Origin: Azolla caroliniana | Taxonomy: Eukaryota > Plantae > Polypodiophyta | Assembly: GCA_043228905.1 (NCBI GenBank) | Contig: JBHGNT010000010.1 | Location: 13,888,001 to 13,952,000, forward strand | Reading direction: 5' to 3' | DNA length: 64,000 nucleotides | Shown: positions 1-12,900 of the stretch, piece after piece | Layout: every line of letters begins with the position of its first letter | Numbering within the stretch: the stretch's first letter is position 1 | Position numbers and translations under genes: made by a program | The notes under the pieces: generated by a model | Databases searched by the model: none | What the model was told of the DNA's origin: nothing | Seen by the model: the letters and a program-made list of their open reading frames with translations, nothing else

Positions 1-126
1 TTGCTTAAGTAGCTGATAAAGGTCTAAGCAATCGTTAGTCTAAGTTACCTCGTCGTAACACCCTTTGGTGAAATGTCTTCCGTAGACACCTTGTGTTAGG
101 CTATTGTCCGGCCCTTAGGAGTAACA
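1..126 (+). repeat. 3' end of 5' LTR of element A
   Basis: Ends TAACA, matches the end of the LTR at 53244, and is followed by CAGTTTT-TGGTGACCACG (putative PBS, also seen after the B 5' LTR). Confidence 0.9.
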
Positions 127-179
127 CAGTTTTTGGTGACCACGATTCCTGCATAAAGTGCAGCGAACAATGGCGGGAA

Positions 180-3100
180 TGGATGACTAGAACAACGAAC
201 GGACCGGTTATGTATCGAGCAAGGAGAATTGCTGAGCGGCTGCGGAAGCGAGAGGCCTTCCATCAGGTGGCGGAAGAGATTCGTGCGGATCAATCATTTT
301 CCAAAGTGATCTGGCGAGTGGGCGAGGAGTCACTCCGTTTGCAACAAGGTTTCCACCCCGACGAAGGAAGCAGCTAAAGTAGTCTTCGAGAAGCGGAATC
401 CCTTCTACAAGCATTAGCTGTAGGAGAAGGTGACTCAAAACCTTTTTCGGCCTTTGAATCGGACTCGGACGGCGAAATAGCGCTCATTCCAATTACCGAA
501 GCAGTCACGACACCTCAGATGAACCAACAGACGAGGAATCGGATACCTTACCATCATCGGAACCAGTATTGACAGAACTGGAAGCCACAGACCGGCCAAG
601 GTCTAAGCAACCCCCGACACCTGAAGCAGAGGAGGAAAGACCTCCCACAGAGGAAGAAAGACCTCCGACGGATGAGGAAGAAAGACCTCCGATACCACCA
701 GCCTGCGTTCCAACACCGGACGATGACATGTCGTTTCAATATCCCAAGTACCGGGATGATCCGGGCGTAGAGGCCCACGTCTATGCATTTCAGTAGACCT
801 GGGAAGCGAATCATGTGTCACAACGCTTAACCGCGGCCGAAGCAGAATGCTCAAAGATGGCGGAGTTCGGCATGACCTTGGAAGGGCCCGCCGCCAGATG
901 GCGCCTGATCAAGATCCCAACACCATCATGACATTTGAGGCATTGAAAACTAAATTCTTACACTTTTTTCACAAAGAGGTGGATCAACGGGAAATGGTCG
1001 GCCTATTTTATACCATCCGGCAGGAGCCTACGGAGAACATTCAACAATTTGTAATCCGATTCTAGAGAATGCACAGCCAGCTCATTTGGGCACCACCGGA
1101 GGAAGAGACTAAGGCGATATTCCTAGCAGCACTCTGGGAACCCCTACGAACGGTGTGCACAGGCATTGATTTCCGCATGAGTATCGTCGACCAGGTCATA
1201 GACCGAGTCAGGGAAATGGGAAAATCCAACTCGTGGCTGACGATGGGGCACTCCAACGAGCGGTACCAACCGATGAAGACCTCCGATTTTGACAAGCAAT
1301 TCAATGTACGACTTGCCTGAATGTCGGACACTCGGCGCTAGAGTGCACTATGCGTTCTCAATGCCTGCTTTGCCATTCCAGAAACCACACAATGTGGATC
1401 GGTGTGAGTATAACTTGTTGAATAGGCAAGCGCCACTGGTCCGGAAAATTGAACCACGGAGCAACCAGGAGGAGGAAGAAGAGCGCTGGCGGCGAGAGGA
1501 GCGTTATCGGCCGGCACAAGATGTCTGGTACAGTGATCGAAGAGACGCTTATATGATACCGCGATCGGTATGATAGATATGATAGATATCGAGACTATAA
1601 TGGGGAACGGAATGAGTGATACAACGGGGATCACTCCCCCGGTTACAACCCACGAAGGGAGGACTATGACAAGTATGACCACCGGTCTCGATAGGGTTAC
1701 CGGAACAAAAAGCATTTCAACAAAAAACAACATTTCAATAAAAAAGGCGATCACCAACAGGATCCGGAAAAGGGTACATCAAGCACCCAACCGGACCAAG
1801 GCTAAGCACTTAGAACAGGACCTCAACTGGGTCCCGGAGCGATAGCAGAATCCAGCAACACCCGGAAAGCTTACTGCTACTATTGCCGACAAAAGGGACA
1901 CTACAGTAATCAATGTCTGGTGAAAAGTTACGATAAGCGACCGACGGTAAACATGGTGGTAGCGGAAGTCGCGGGCGGACATACAACAAGTGACCACGAG
2001 GTCAAAAGGAAAAGCAACGGAGTGGGAAACCCAAGAAGCCATCCGGAAGTAGGCCACCGAATGGGTAAAGAAGGCAAATGAGCAGAATGTGGCAGAACTA
2101 GAACAACAAAAAGAGAATCCAGAGGAGCCCACCGGCAATAGCCAGGCGGAAAACCCAACATGGCAGGCATTGCAAGAATGCCAAATCATGCTGCCATTAG
2201 GTCGGCTATTGCAGTTAGTACCTCGATTTACGAAAGGACTGAAGACGGGAATGACTGTGGTCGACACGCCATCGGCTCTAGTGTTCTTTTCTAATCCGGA
2301 GGAAGGACCGACTGTAGTGGACACGAGCAGTCCGGCTATCACAGCCATCGTCAAGGGACGAGAGCTACCCAAAACGATTATAGACGGAGTATCCAACGTG
2401 AACGTGATTAGCCTTTGAACTTGTAATACCCTGGGAATCTAGGACTAGGAGTCGTGCCCGTTTTGGCTCTGGATGGCGGACACCAGTTCAATAAGACCTA
2501 CCGGATTGATACGAGATTTGGAAGTAACTATCGGAGGTCACGCATTTCGCATTTCGGGAGTAGTCCTCCAGCTCAATGCACAAGGGGCATACCCACTGTT
2601 GTTGGGCCGCCCATGGCTAAAACGAGCGCACATCAAACAAAACTGGCGGAAAAACATAATTACTTTCCGGCACTGCAAATCGAAAGTACGAGTACCTACA
2701 AAACCATGTTCAGGTACCGGCAACGAGCTGACACTGTTGTATGCGGAATGTGTCAACATGCTTGAAGGATTGGATGATGAAGAGGTCGAACAATACTTAC
2801 AGGAGAATCCGAAAATCGTACCTTTATTTGAAGTTGATGTCATCGTAGCAGTAGCACCATATATAATGCAACCGGAGGATGCCGATGAAGAACTGGATAA
2901 AGAAGCCATCAGAGAGTTACGGCAAGCATAGGAAGCTTTGGAGAAGGAATTGGCAGTATCTCAACGCGTAAAAGCCTCTCAGAAGACGCAAGACCGGTTC
3001 ACATCACCAAAGAAATGACTCCAGAAAGCAATACGACAATGATCACCTTATTAAAGGAGTTCCGGGACGTATTAGCGTGGTCTTACGAGAACCCTAACTA

Positions 3101-5670
3101 TGCAGCAAAAGTAAAGGACAAAATCGACAAATTGTTACGGGTAGGGTTCATCCGACCGGTCAAGAAGGTGACATGGCTGAGTCCGATAGTCGTCGTACCG
3201 AAAAAGAACGGAAAAATCAAGGTCTGTGTCGACTACCGGAAGTTGAATGTGGCAAGGTAGCCGATGCCTTCCCACTCCCTTTTACGGATGGAGTCCTAGA
3301 TGTAGTAGCCGGTCACGAAGTTTATTGTTTCTTGGACGAGTTCAGCGGTTACAATCAGATCCGTATGCACCCCGACGACTAGGAGAAAACCGCTTTTGTT
3401 ACCGAATGGGGAGTATTTGTCGACGTAGTCATGATGTTCGGACTTAAAACGGCGCCGGAAACCTTTCAGTAGATAATCATGGAGATTTTCGAAGAGTTTA
3501 TTCTAGCATTCATGCAGGTGTTCCTAGATGATTTCGCCGTGTACAACCGGGAAGGGGAACACCTCCAACACCTACGACTATGTCTTGAGAAATGTAGGGT
3601 TTACCGGTTAAGCCTTAACCCGGCGAAATGCATGTTCGGAGTGTCAAGCGGTGCATTACTAGGCCACATCGTTAGCACGGACGGTATTGTAGTAGACCCA
3701 GACAAGGTCAAAGCAATTTTGGAGGCACTGGCGCCCACCATGGCGAAAGCATTGAGTCGGTTCCTAGGACAAATCCGGTGGCATAGTCGGATGCTCCAGT
3801 ATCTGGCAGACTTGACCACACCATTGCATGCTGCGGTGCACCGGACACCGTTTCAATGGACGGACATAGAAGAGAAGGCTTACCGGGCATTAAAAGTACT
3901 ACTATCACAAGCACCGGTGGTGCAACCTCTGGATTGGTCTAAAGAATTCCACGTATTCGTAGACGCGTCTGACATAGCAATTGGGAGCGCATTAATGCAG
4001 CTTACCGAACCGAAGTGGTACCAATCCGTGTATTGTGCCAGCCGGAAGCTGTCCTAGGCGGAGCGTAATTACTCAACGATGGAAAGAGAAGCCTTGGGCA
4101 TGATCTACAATGTCACCAAGTTCCGACACTATCTATTCAAGAGGAAATTTTCCTTTCATGTAGACCATTCGGCGTTACTTTACTTGGTCTCAAAAGCATT
4201 AGTCACGGGTAAGCTGGCCCGGTGGATGTTATTATTACAGGAATTTGAGTTCGAGATATTTAACCAGCCAAGCATACAACATGCGGTTGCGGATTATTTG
4301 AGCCGGTTAGACTCCGGTGAAACGAGTGACGGAGTCCCAGACGAGTTTCTAGATGCAGAGTTGTTTAGGGTCACAACAGAAACGATAACAGATGGTACGG
4401 TCGCCGAGGAGGACAAGTGGCTCACTAACATGCACCAATTCCTGAGCACCGGATTACCTCCAGAGGAGATGAACAGAGACGAGCGGAAATGATTAGCAGT
4501 ACAAAGCCGACACTTCAGCCTACTGCAGGACACACTATACCATAAAGGCGTGGATGACATATGGCGGCGCACAGTGTGCAGCGACAAAAAAGACCAAATA
4601 CTGCACGAAGCATACTGCGGCGTTGCCGGAGGGCATTATGCTGGGGATGCTATGGCAAGGAAAATATGGCAGAGTGGCCTATGGTGGCGGACAACATTAA
4701 AAGACGTCGTCTGGTATGTTAAAGAATGCGATTTATGTCAGCGGATGGGCCAACCAATGGAACAGGCAAGAATGCCTCACCAGTCGGTGCTACCATTGGA
4801 ACCATTTCAAAAATGGGGGTTGGACTTCGTCGGCCCATTTAAACCACCAGCAATGAGAACCGGCAACCGATACGTGATTGTCGTTACGAACTACTGCACC
4901 AAGTGGGTGGAGGCCAAAGCACTATGTGACAACACCGTGGCATCCACGACAAAGTTTTTATATGAATATATCTGGTGCCGGTATGGATGTCTGATCGAGC
5001 TAATTAGCGACCAAGGTGGGCATTTCCTAGGACAAGTGGTGGAGAGCTTGATGACATTCTATGCGGTAGTGCACAAGCGAAGCACTCCGTATAATCCGCA
5101 AGCCAACGGATTAGCCGAATCCACAAATAAGACGCTACAAAACATCCTGTGGAAAATCGTCAATGAGAACCGGACGGATTGGGATACAAAGCTGCACAAT
5201 GCACTCTAGGCCTACCGGATAGCATATAAGAGAAGTATCCGGACAACGCCTTTCCGATTGGCATTTGGATTGGAAGCGGTAATGCCAATCGAATTACAGG
5301 TTCCCAGTTTGCGGTTACAGGTTCGGCAACGCCTAAACGAGAAGGAGTCGGAAACAATCCGGCTAGCAGCACTATGTGAACTAGAGGAACACCGGATAGC
5401 CAGCCTGATGCACATGTAACTGGAGCAACGGAGAAGGAAAGCGTTCGTCGATCGACACTGGAAAGGTAACGAAAATATGTTCGAGGTCGGCAAGCCGGTA
5501 CTTGTATTCTAGACCCGGATGGGTAAGATGCCAGGGAAGCTACGGTTTCGGTGGACCGGACAATATTGGATTACACGAGAGTTCAACGGTTCCTACCAGC
5601 TAGGGACACTCGCCGGAGAAGTCATGGGTAAATGGGTCAATGGGTTTCGACTCAAACCATACTATGGACC
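180..5670 (+). pseudogene. Degenerate gag-pol of element A (Gag, zinc knuckles, protease IIDG, RT FLDD, RNase H, integrase); last codons continue at 49280-~49436
   Basis: ORF fragments contain [37 protein letters not shown] and ISDQGGHF, with many stops and frameshifts. Confidence 0.92.
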
Positions 5671-6091
5671 TGTGGAAGCGTATGTGCGGAAGCGTAAGAC
5701 AACAGCTTGACTACGTAGCAACAGAGAGAGACGTAGCAGCAGAGAGAGAGAGAGAGAGAGACATACACAGAATACAGAGAATACTCGGAGAGACAGAGAG
5801 AGCAGAACAAGAATCTTGATTCAAAAATTATATCAACACTTTGTGTATACAACGTGCTCAACAACACTATTTATACAAGTCCCGAGAGGACTGACAGAAG
5901 TACCGCGTACTTCAATGCTCACTCGAGCGTCTGGCACTGACTACGAGACTATTAACTCCCTAGTAGTCTAGCTGCTACTAGGCTTCTGTTTATTGATAGA
6001 TCTAGCTAACCGGCTCCCCAGCTCACCGGCTCACCGATCTGGCTCAGGCTTATTCAGCCGAACCGGATCTAGTTGAGATTGCCGCTCAACA
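5671..6091 (-). repeat. 3' LTR of Copia C1
   Basis: TG...CA ends, homologous to 24401-24718 plus 49189-49274, adjacent PPT. Confidence 0.9.
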
Positions 6092-6554
6092 CTCCCCCTC
6101 AAGCTCAACTTGAGGTTCGGTCATAGTGTCAACGTCTCTGGCAACCGGTTCCTCTACCCGGCTCCTTCTGGCGTCGCTCCACCTCGCTTGCGCTTCTCGT
6201 CTGGTCCGGTCCCATTTGCCGTGACCCTTCTGTTCCTGCGCACCCTGACCTCCTCGATCGGCTTGTCTGCTCAACAGGCCCAATTCAGCTTCTCAAGGAA
6301 GGAGAACCACTCTTTGTGGCTCGTCATGTGATTCGACACACCGGAATCAACATACCATACTTCCTCCGATTTGGAAGTGGTCTTCTTCATCGAATTTGCC
6401 TCGTGCTTCATCACCAAGGCCGACCCCTTACTGGTCTTCCCGGTTCCGAATCCTTTCAATCCTTGTGCGTAGTGCGAGCTTTTCCAGTTCTCCCGACCGG
6501 TTTTGCCAGATCTAGATCTGTCCGAATCGGCGCGCTTCTTCGAGCACTAGCTTT

Positions 6555-7005
6555 TGTTACCCGGCCGGCAATGGAGCTAAGGACGCCAACACCAGGGTGT
6601 AAAAAGGGGAATTGTTATTTGGGAATTTGTTGTAATTACTAGTCTTAATATATTAATATATGAGAAGATGTGGACGGACGAACCAGAATCGGTATGCCGA
6701 TCCAGATCCGGACCGATCCCGAATAGGTGCCGGTTGGCACCGTTTTGTACTTCGCACCGGTGACCTATATAAAGGCCCGGTTACAATGTAGTCATCAACA
6801 GAGAGTAATATAAACCTTTTGTTTAATCATTGAGTATTGTTCACCGTTAATTGATATCTTACGCATGTTAATGATGTATTGCTAAGTAACCGATTAAGGT
6901 CCAATTAAGCGTTGTGTCGTAAGTTATCTCGCCGTAACACCCTTTGGTGAAGTGTCTTAAGTGGACACCCTGTGTTAGGCTGTTGTTCGGCCCTAAGGAT
7001 TAACA
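6555..7005 (+). repeat. 5' LTR of element B
   Basis: TGTTA...TAACA ends, TATA-like CCTATATAAA near 6764, matches 23132 onward. Confidence 0.9.
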
Positions 7006-7060
7006 CAGTTTTTGGTGACCACAATTCCTGCACAATCGTAGTGAACAACGGCGGGAATGG

Positions 7061-7734
7061 ATGACAAGGCCAACGGACGACCCGATTATGGAGAGAGCAA
7101 GAAGACTTGCTGAACGGCGAAGGCTTTCCAGCGAGTGGCAGAAGAAATCCAATCGGATCGATCATTTTCCAAAGTTATCCGGAAAGTGGCGGAGGAGTCG
7201 CTCCGTCTGCAACAAAACGCCTACCCGGACGAAGGAAGCAGCTTAAGTAGTCCCCGGGAAGCGGAATCTCTTCTCCAGGCCTTGGCCGGAGGAGATGGCG
7301 AATCCGAAGCATTTTCGGTGCTGGAATCGGATTCGGAAGTGGGTTACAGCACGCACACGAACTATCGCAGCAGTAACGACACCCCAGGAGGACCGGAGGA
7401 CGAGGAGTCGGATACATTACCGACACCGGAACCAGAATTGTCAGACCGGGAACCTCCGGCACTAGACGTGGAGCAACCTCCGACAGAGGACCAACAACGA
7501 CCTCTGACGCCGACAGAAGAGCAGGCAAGACCACTGACACCGCCAACCCGCACACCAACACCGGACGACGACATGTCGTTCCAGTATCCCAAGTATAGGG
7601 ATGACCCGGACGCGGAGGCTCATGTTCACGCTTTTCAACAAACATGGGAGGCGAACCATGTGTCACAACGGTTAACCGCAGCCGAAGAGGAACGATCTAA
7701 GATAGCCGAATTCGGCGTGACATTGGAAGGACCG
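7061..7734 (+). pseudogene. N-terminal gag of element B (split by D)
   Basis: Homologous to A gag (MSFQYPKYRDDP...HAFQQTWEAN); continues after 14848. Confidence 0.85.
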
Positions 7735-8206
7735 TGTTATGTACACATAACGTTGGTGAGGGTAGGTCACTAATATTTACATTAGTGAAGGGTATGTTCA
7801 CTATTATTAAAAAGGGGACTAATGATTGGATAGAATGAATGATATGTGCATGCACTATCATGATTTAGACAACCAATGAATAGAGAGCCTTTTAGAAAGG
7901 CACATCTATTCAAGGGGCCTAGGAAAAGGTATAAATATGAGGCTTAGCTACCCTCATAGGGATCACGTCGGAAGGCTACTGTCGTAGACACCGGTGGTGC
8001 GGGCTAGGCTTTCGTCTCGACGATCGTGTTTATCTCTTCCAAGGTATTAGTCATCCTAATATCCGGCGGTATGGGACGTCGGTGGTAGGTTGGCTATGTC
8101 TAGGTCATAGCTCGGGGGTGGTCGGGTGGAACGGGTTCTTCTATCCAATCTATTTTCTTCCTTTTTACTTGATTTGGTCTATTGATTAGTAATAGACTCT
8201 TAACAG

Positions 8207-8218
8207 TGGTATCAGAGC
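8207..8218 (+). promoter_or_regulatory. Primer-binding site (tRNA-iMet) of D
   Basis: TGGTATCAGAGC starts 1 nt after the LTR. Confidence 0.95.
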
Positions 8219-8454
8219 TTTTACTAACAATTTTTTTGTTGTTTTGATGTTTTTTTGCGTGTGAGCGAGGGGGATCTAACAAGGCTCGTCATGCTCTTCT
8301 CAGGATCAAAACAACACTCTAAACCCGGTATTCTTCTTTTTTGATCTCTTCTCTTTTTCTATTATGCGTTCTTTATGGTCGAATCAAATTGGTATTACGT
8401 TTTATTCTCTTTCTTTCTACCTCCTACTACGCTACGATTTTACTTATTATTATG

Positions 8455-8985
8455 CATCGGGCCGAGCGTGTTTGCACTAATCGCACACGCTCAACTCATG
8501 GCCTTTTGCATATTGCGATATATATCCCACTCTCTCCTCTCTTGAACTCTTACGATAATAATTATTCTTGTGCATTGGGTCGAGCGTGTTTGCTCTAATC
8601 GCACACGCTTATCTCATGGCCGTTTTGCATATGATGTTGAGTATACCACTCTTCCCCTCTATTGAGCCATCACTTGGCCGATTCTAAGGGATGATGTGGC
8701 CTTGACGAGGTGTATGTTGCCTACCTATGCCACTCTACTCTCTATTAAGCCATCAATTGGCCGATTCTATGGGATGTTGTGGCCTTGACAAGGTATATGT
8801 AGCTTACATATGCCACTTTCCTTTTTAATTAGCCATCAATTGGCCGATTCTAAGGGATGATGTGGCCTTGACGAGGTATATGTCACTTACCTATGCCACT
8901 TTCCTCTTTAATTAGCCATTACTTGGCCGATTCTAGGGATATGTGGTGGTCTTGAGGAGGTGCATGTCAACTACCCTAGGGTTTC
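8455..8985 (+). repeat. Tandem repeats in D 5' leader (2 x ~118 bp, 4 x 83 bp)
   Basis: GAGCGTGTTTGC at 8464 and 8582; TTGGCCGATTC at 8674, 8757, 8840 and 8923. Confidence 0.85.
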
Positions 8986-9960
8986 GTATCTTAGGGCATG
9001 TTTGATTCCATACACCAAATTGTTGATTATTCTAATTAAATTTTAATTTCATAAGTATTGTTTCACTTATATGATTTTCTAGTAATTATTATTTACCCGC
9101 CCACAATTAACTCTCCTTTTTCCACTTCCTTTCCATGTATAAAGTATTTACATCGTTTATTTTTAATGTAACCTTTACGTGTAGACTATTTTTTCGTATG
9201 GAGTGGCTTGTTGAACGATTTTTTTTTCAACGGGTCATCTAGGTTTAACTCTTATCATCAAGCCTTAGAAAACGAGTAAAACCATATGAGTTCCCTTATT
9301 GATGTTTTACTCATGGATTTGAGTATTACATCTTTGCGCACAACACCGTCATCACTTGTATCAATTTGTGGCTTATGTCACAATTGTGCAAGTTATAACA
9401 ATCATATTGGGATGTATGTGTGCATACCTTGCACTTCCCATTTATTTGTGACATTGTTTTTTTCGTAGGTAACACATGGGTTCTTTTTTTTTACCCTTGT
9501 TTTCGTCACTACTTAACTCTTATGAGTAGTGCCTTATTTTATCATTTTATCATCACGTTTGCTTATTGCTCGCAAGACTAGAATATTACTTGTGAGTGCA
9601 CTTGTTTTTTCACGTAATACACTTTCTCGACCATATAATACATGATGGGTTGGCATTAATATAAGGCTATCTAGGAAATTTCATTGATGTAAGAACCATG
9701 GTTGAGCCTCGGGGAGCCGCCATGATTACTCAAGATAGAGATCCGAGAAATACATCTTAGCTATGTTTTCCCCCATGGTTTTTAAAACACCATAGTGTTA
9801 CCATAGTTATCGGATCTCGAATCACATCTCATATGTCTAGAGGGGTAAAGACATGAGATACTTTCTTGGATAAAGTTCTTTCAATCAAAATTTCAAGCAT
9901 TCATTTTGCTTGTGTATTTTCTGAACCTCCTTATTTTATTGCATACCCACAACGTGCATC

Positions 9961-12900
9961 ATGGAACAAGTTTTGAACGCAGTTGGAACGATCTCTCCAA
10001 ATGAGACCTCTCAACCCCAATCCGCATCTCGCACACAAGCTGAGATCACTATTGAGCAATTGCTCACTACTACCTTGAATCAATTGGCCGAAATGAGACA
10101 GGCCAATATGGCATTGGAAAAGAAATTCCAAGAATTAACTATTGAGTCCAAGAAAGAAGGTGAACCTTCCTTCGTAATCACGCCTTTCAAGGGAGATAAG
10201 AAAGAAAGAACCGAGGAGGCCATTAGCACTTGGCTTGGTCGTTGGGAGTCTCACTTTGAGCTTCATCCCAAGCCCGATGCAGTAAAAATTGGTTATGTCG
10301 GTCGTGAGTTAGGTGGCCGAGCTGCTGCTTGGTGGCGTGGCCTAAGGACCACAAAAAAACTTACCCACAACTTGGGAAGGTTTCGTTGATGTTTTTAAGA
10401 AACAATTATTGCAGCCACCTTCTCAAACCGAACAAGCGCAACACTTGCTCACATTGTCTAGTAAGCCATTTACCTCTCTCGAGGATTATGTGCATCACGC
10501 TCGGACCCAGATCCAAAAATCGGGACTTACGGGTGAGAAATGGTTTGTCGCTTGTTTTTTGAATGGTATTCCCAATGGGGATTATCATTGGATTGTCCAT
10601 GACAAGGACCCCACAACTTTCGAGGAAGCCGTCAACATTGTGCTGCGATACCATAGGACTTCCAAGAAAGACCACAATAAACCTGAGTTCGCCAAAACTC
10701 CGAATGTCAAGTTCATTGGGAAACGTAAGCAATCCAGTGACACTCTTGACCGCGACTCAAAGAAACCGAACCTCTTCTGTGCATATTGCAAGAAGCGGGG
10801 CCACACAAAGGATACCTGTCGTCGTCTTGAGAGGAAGTCAATGAACACCCCTCCTCAAGACAAATCTACGAGTCACACAGGTGAGTCTTTTGATATTGTT
10901 GAAGTTCATACCAATCACTTAAGTTTATGTGAATGCACTTTTCCTTCACATTTACTTGGACCTAATGATTTACTCCAAGCAGTCGGATATATCAATGGAA
11001 CACAAGCACATTTCTTGTTTGATTCCGGTAGTTCTCACAATTTTCTTAATGATCACTTTGTGCAGCAAATGGAGCTCCACATAAACGCAAGTGATCATAT
11101 CTATCAAGTTCACATGGCAAATGGAAACGTTCAATACATCAGTGGCATTGTTTGTCAACTGCCAATTCAAATAGATACTTATTTGGAGAAGCTTGACTTT
11201 CATGTTATGAAATTACAATCCGCAGATGTCATTTTAGGATATCCTTGGTTTTTTAATAAAAACCCTTCTTTGTCCATTGATTGGGTTAATCACTCAATCA
11301 CATTTGAACTTAATAATTGTAAACATTTTATTCAATGTTCCAAACTTCCTTCTCATTCACTTGTGTCTTCTAAATCTTTAAGTGAGTATTCTAGTTCATT
11401 AATTTATTCGTGTGTAATTGATCCTGCGGTTCAATTTTATTATTTTAATATTGACGCCACACAATTACCACATTTTGAGCAACGATTACTCGACTCTATT
11501 TTAGAGGATTTTCAAGATGTGTTTCCTACTGTATTACCGCTTACTTTACCACCTAAACGTAATGTGGACCATCAAATTGAACTCATCCCTGGGGCTGCTC
11601 CTGTGAGCATTCCACCTTACCGACTTAGTCGATTAGAAGAGGATGAGATCGCTAAACAACTTAAGGAATACTTGAGTATGGGCCACATTAGGTATAGTAA
11701 ATCACCTTGGGGTGCGCCAGTTCTATTAGTCAAGAAGAAGGAAGGTTCGTGGCGAATGTGTATCAATTATCGCCGTTTGAATAAAATGACAATTAAGAAT
11801 GCATATCCATTACCTCGTGCCGATGATTTGATTGATCGTTTGCACGGGGCTCGATATTTTACGAAAATTGACTTACGAACTGGTTATCATCAGATTCGCA
11901 TCGCCAAGGATGATATTCCTAAAACCGCTTTTCGTACGCGCTATGGCCATTATGAGTTTTTAGTCATGCCATTTGGGTTGACTAATGCTCCAGCCACATT
12001 CCAACAAGCGATGAATGATGTTTTCCGAGATCAACTCGGTGATTTTGTTGTCGTCTTCTTGGATGATATTTTGATATATAGCCGTACCTTGCAAGATCAT
12101 GTTCAACATGTTCGATTTGTTTTGCGAAAGTTGCGTGACAACTCTTTCTATGCAAAACATTCAAAATGTGACTTCTTCCAAAAATCTATTGTGTACCTAG
12201 GTCATTTAATTACAGAAAATGGCGTTGAAATTGAACCTTCTCGTATTGAAAAGGTTAAACTTTGGCCCATTCCTCGTAATATTCGTGAACTTAGATCATT
12301 CTTAGGGTTTGTTGGATTTTTACGAAAATCAATTCGTAACTATTCCAAATTGACTACGCCATTAACTGACCTTTTAAAAGGTCATCCACGTAAGTCTGTC
12401 AAACCAATTTCATGGAATGAACAACTTGACAAATCATTTGAGACACTCAAGGAGCATGTGTGTCAGGCTCCCACTCTTCTATTACCAGACCCTTCTAAGC
12501 CTTTCTCAATTGAAACCGATGCTAGTGATTATGCTATTGGTGCCGTTCTTTATCAAGGTGGTCACCCTATTGCTTTTGAAAGTAAGAAGCTTGATGCTGC
12601 TCAATCTCGGTATTCGGTTCAAGAGAAAGAGTTGTTTGCGGTGATACACGCACTTAAAACATGGAGGCACTATCTCTATGGAAATAAATTTGTGGTTACA
12701 ACAGACCATCAATCATTAAAGTATTTTTGTGACCAGCCCGATCTTGTTGGTCGTAAAGGCCGTTGGGCTGACCTTATGCAAGATTTTGATTTTTCCATAC
12801 GATATCGCAAGGGTTCTATGAACACCGTTGCTGATGCTCTTAGTCGCATTAAAGAAGTTAACATGCTTAGCTTCACGGAAATAAAATCTGATCTTTTAGA

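Noticed and set aside
8670-8985. CRISPR-like array
   Set aside because: Whole 83-bp units are similar with no unique spacers, the context is a eukaryotic retroelement, and there are no cas genes.
10345-10365. Programmed frameshift at AAAAAAC in D
   Set aside because: The shift needed is +1 and lies mid-capsid, not at the gag/pol boundary; an indel is more likely.
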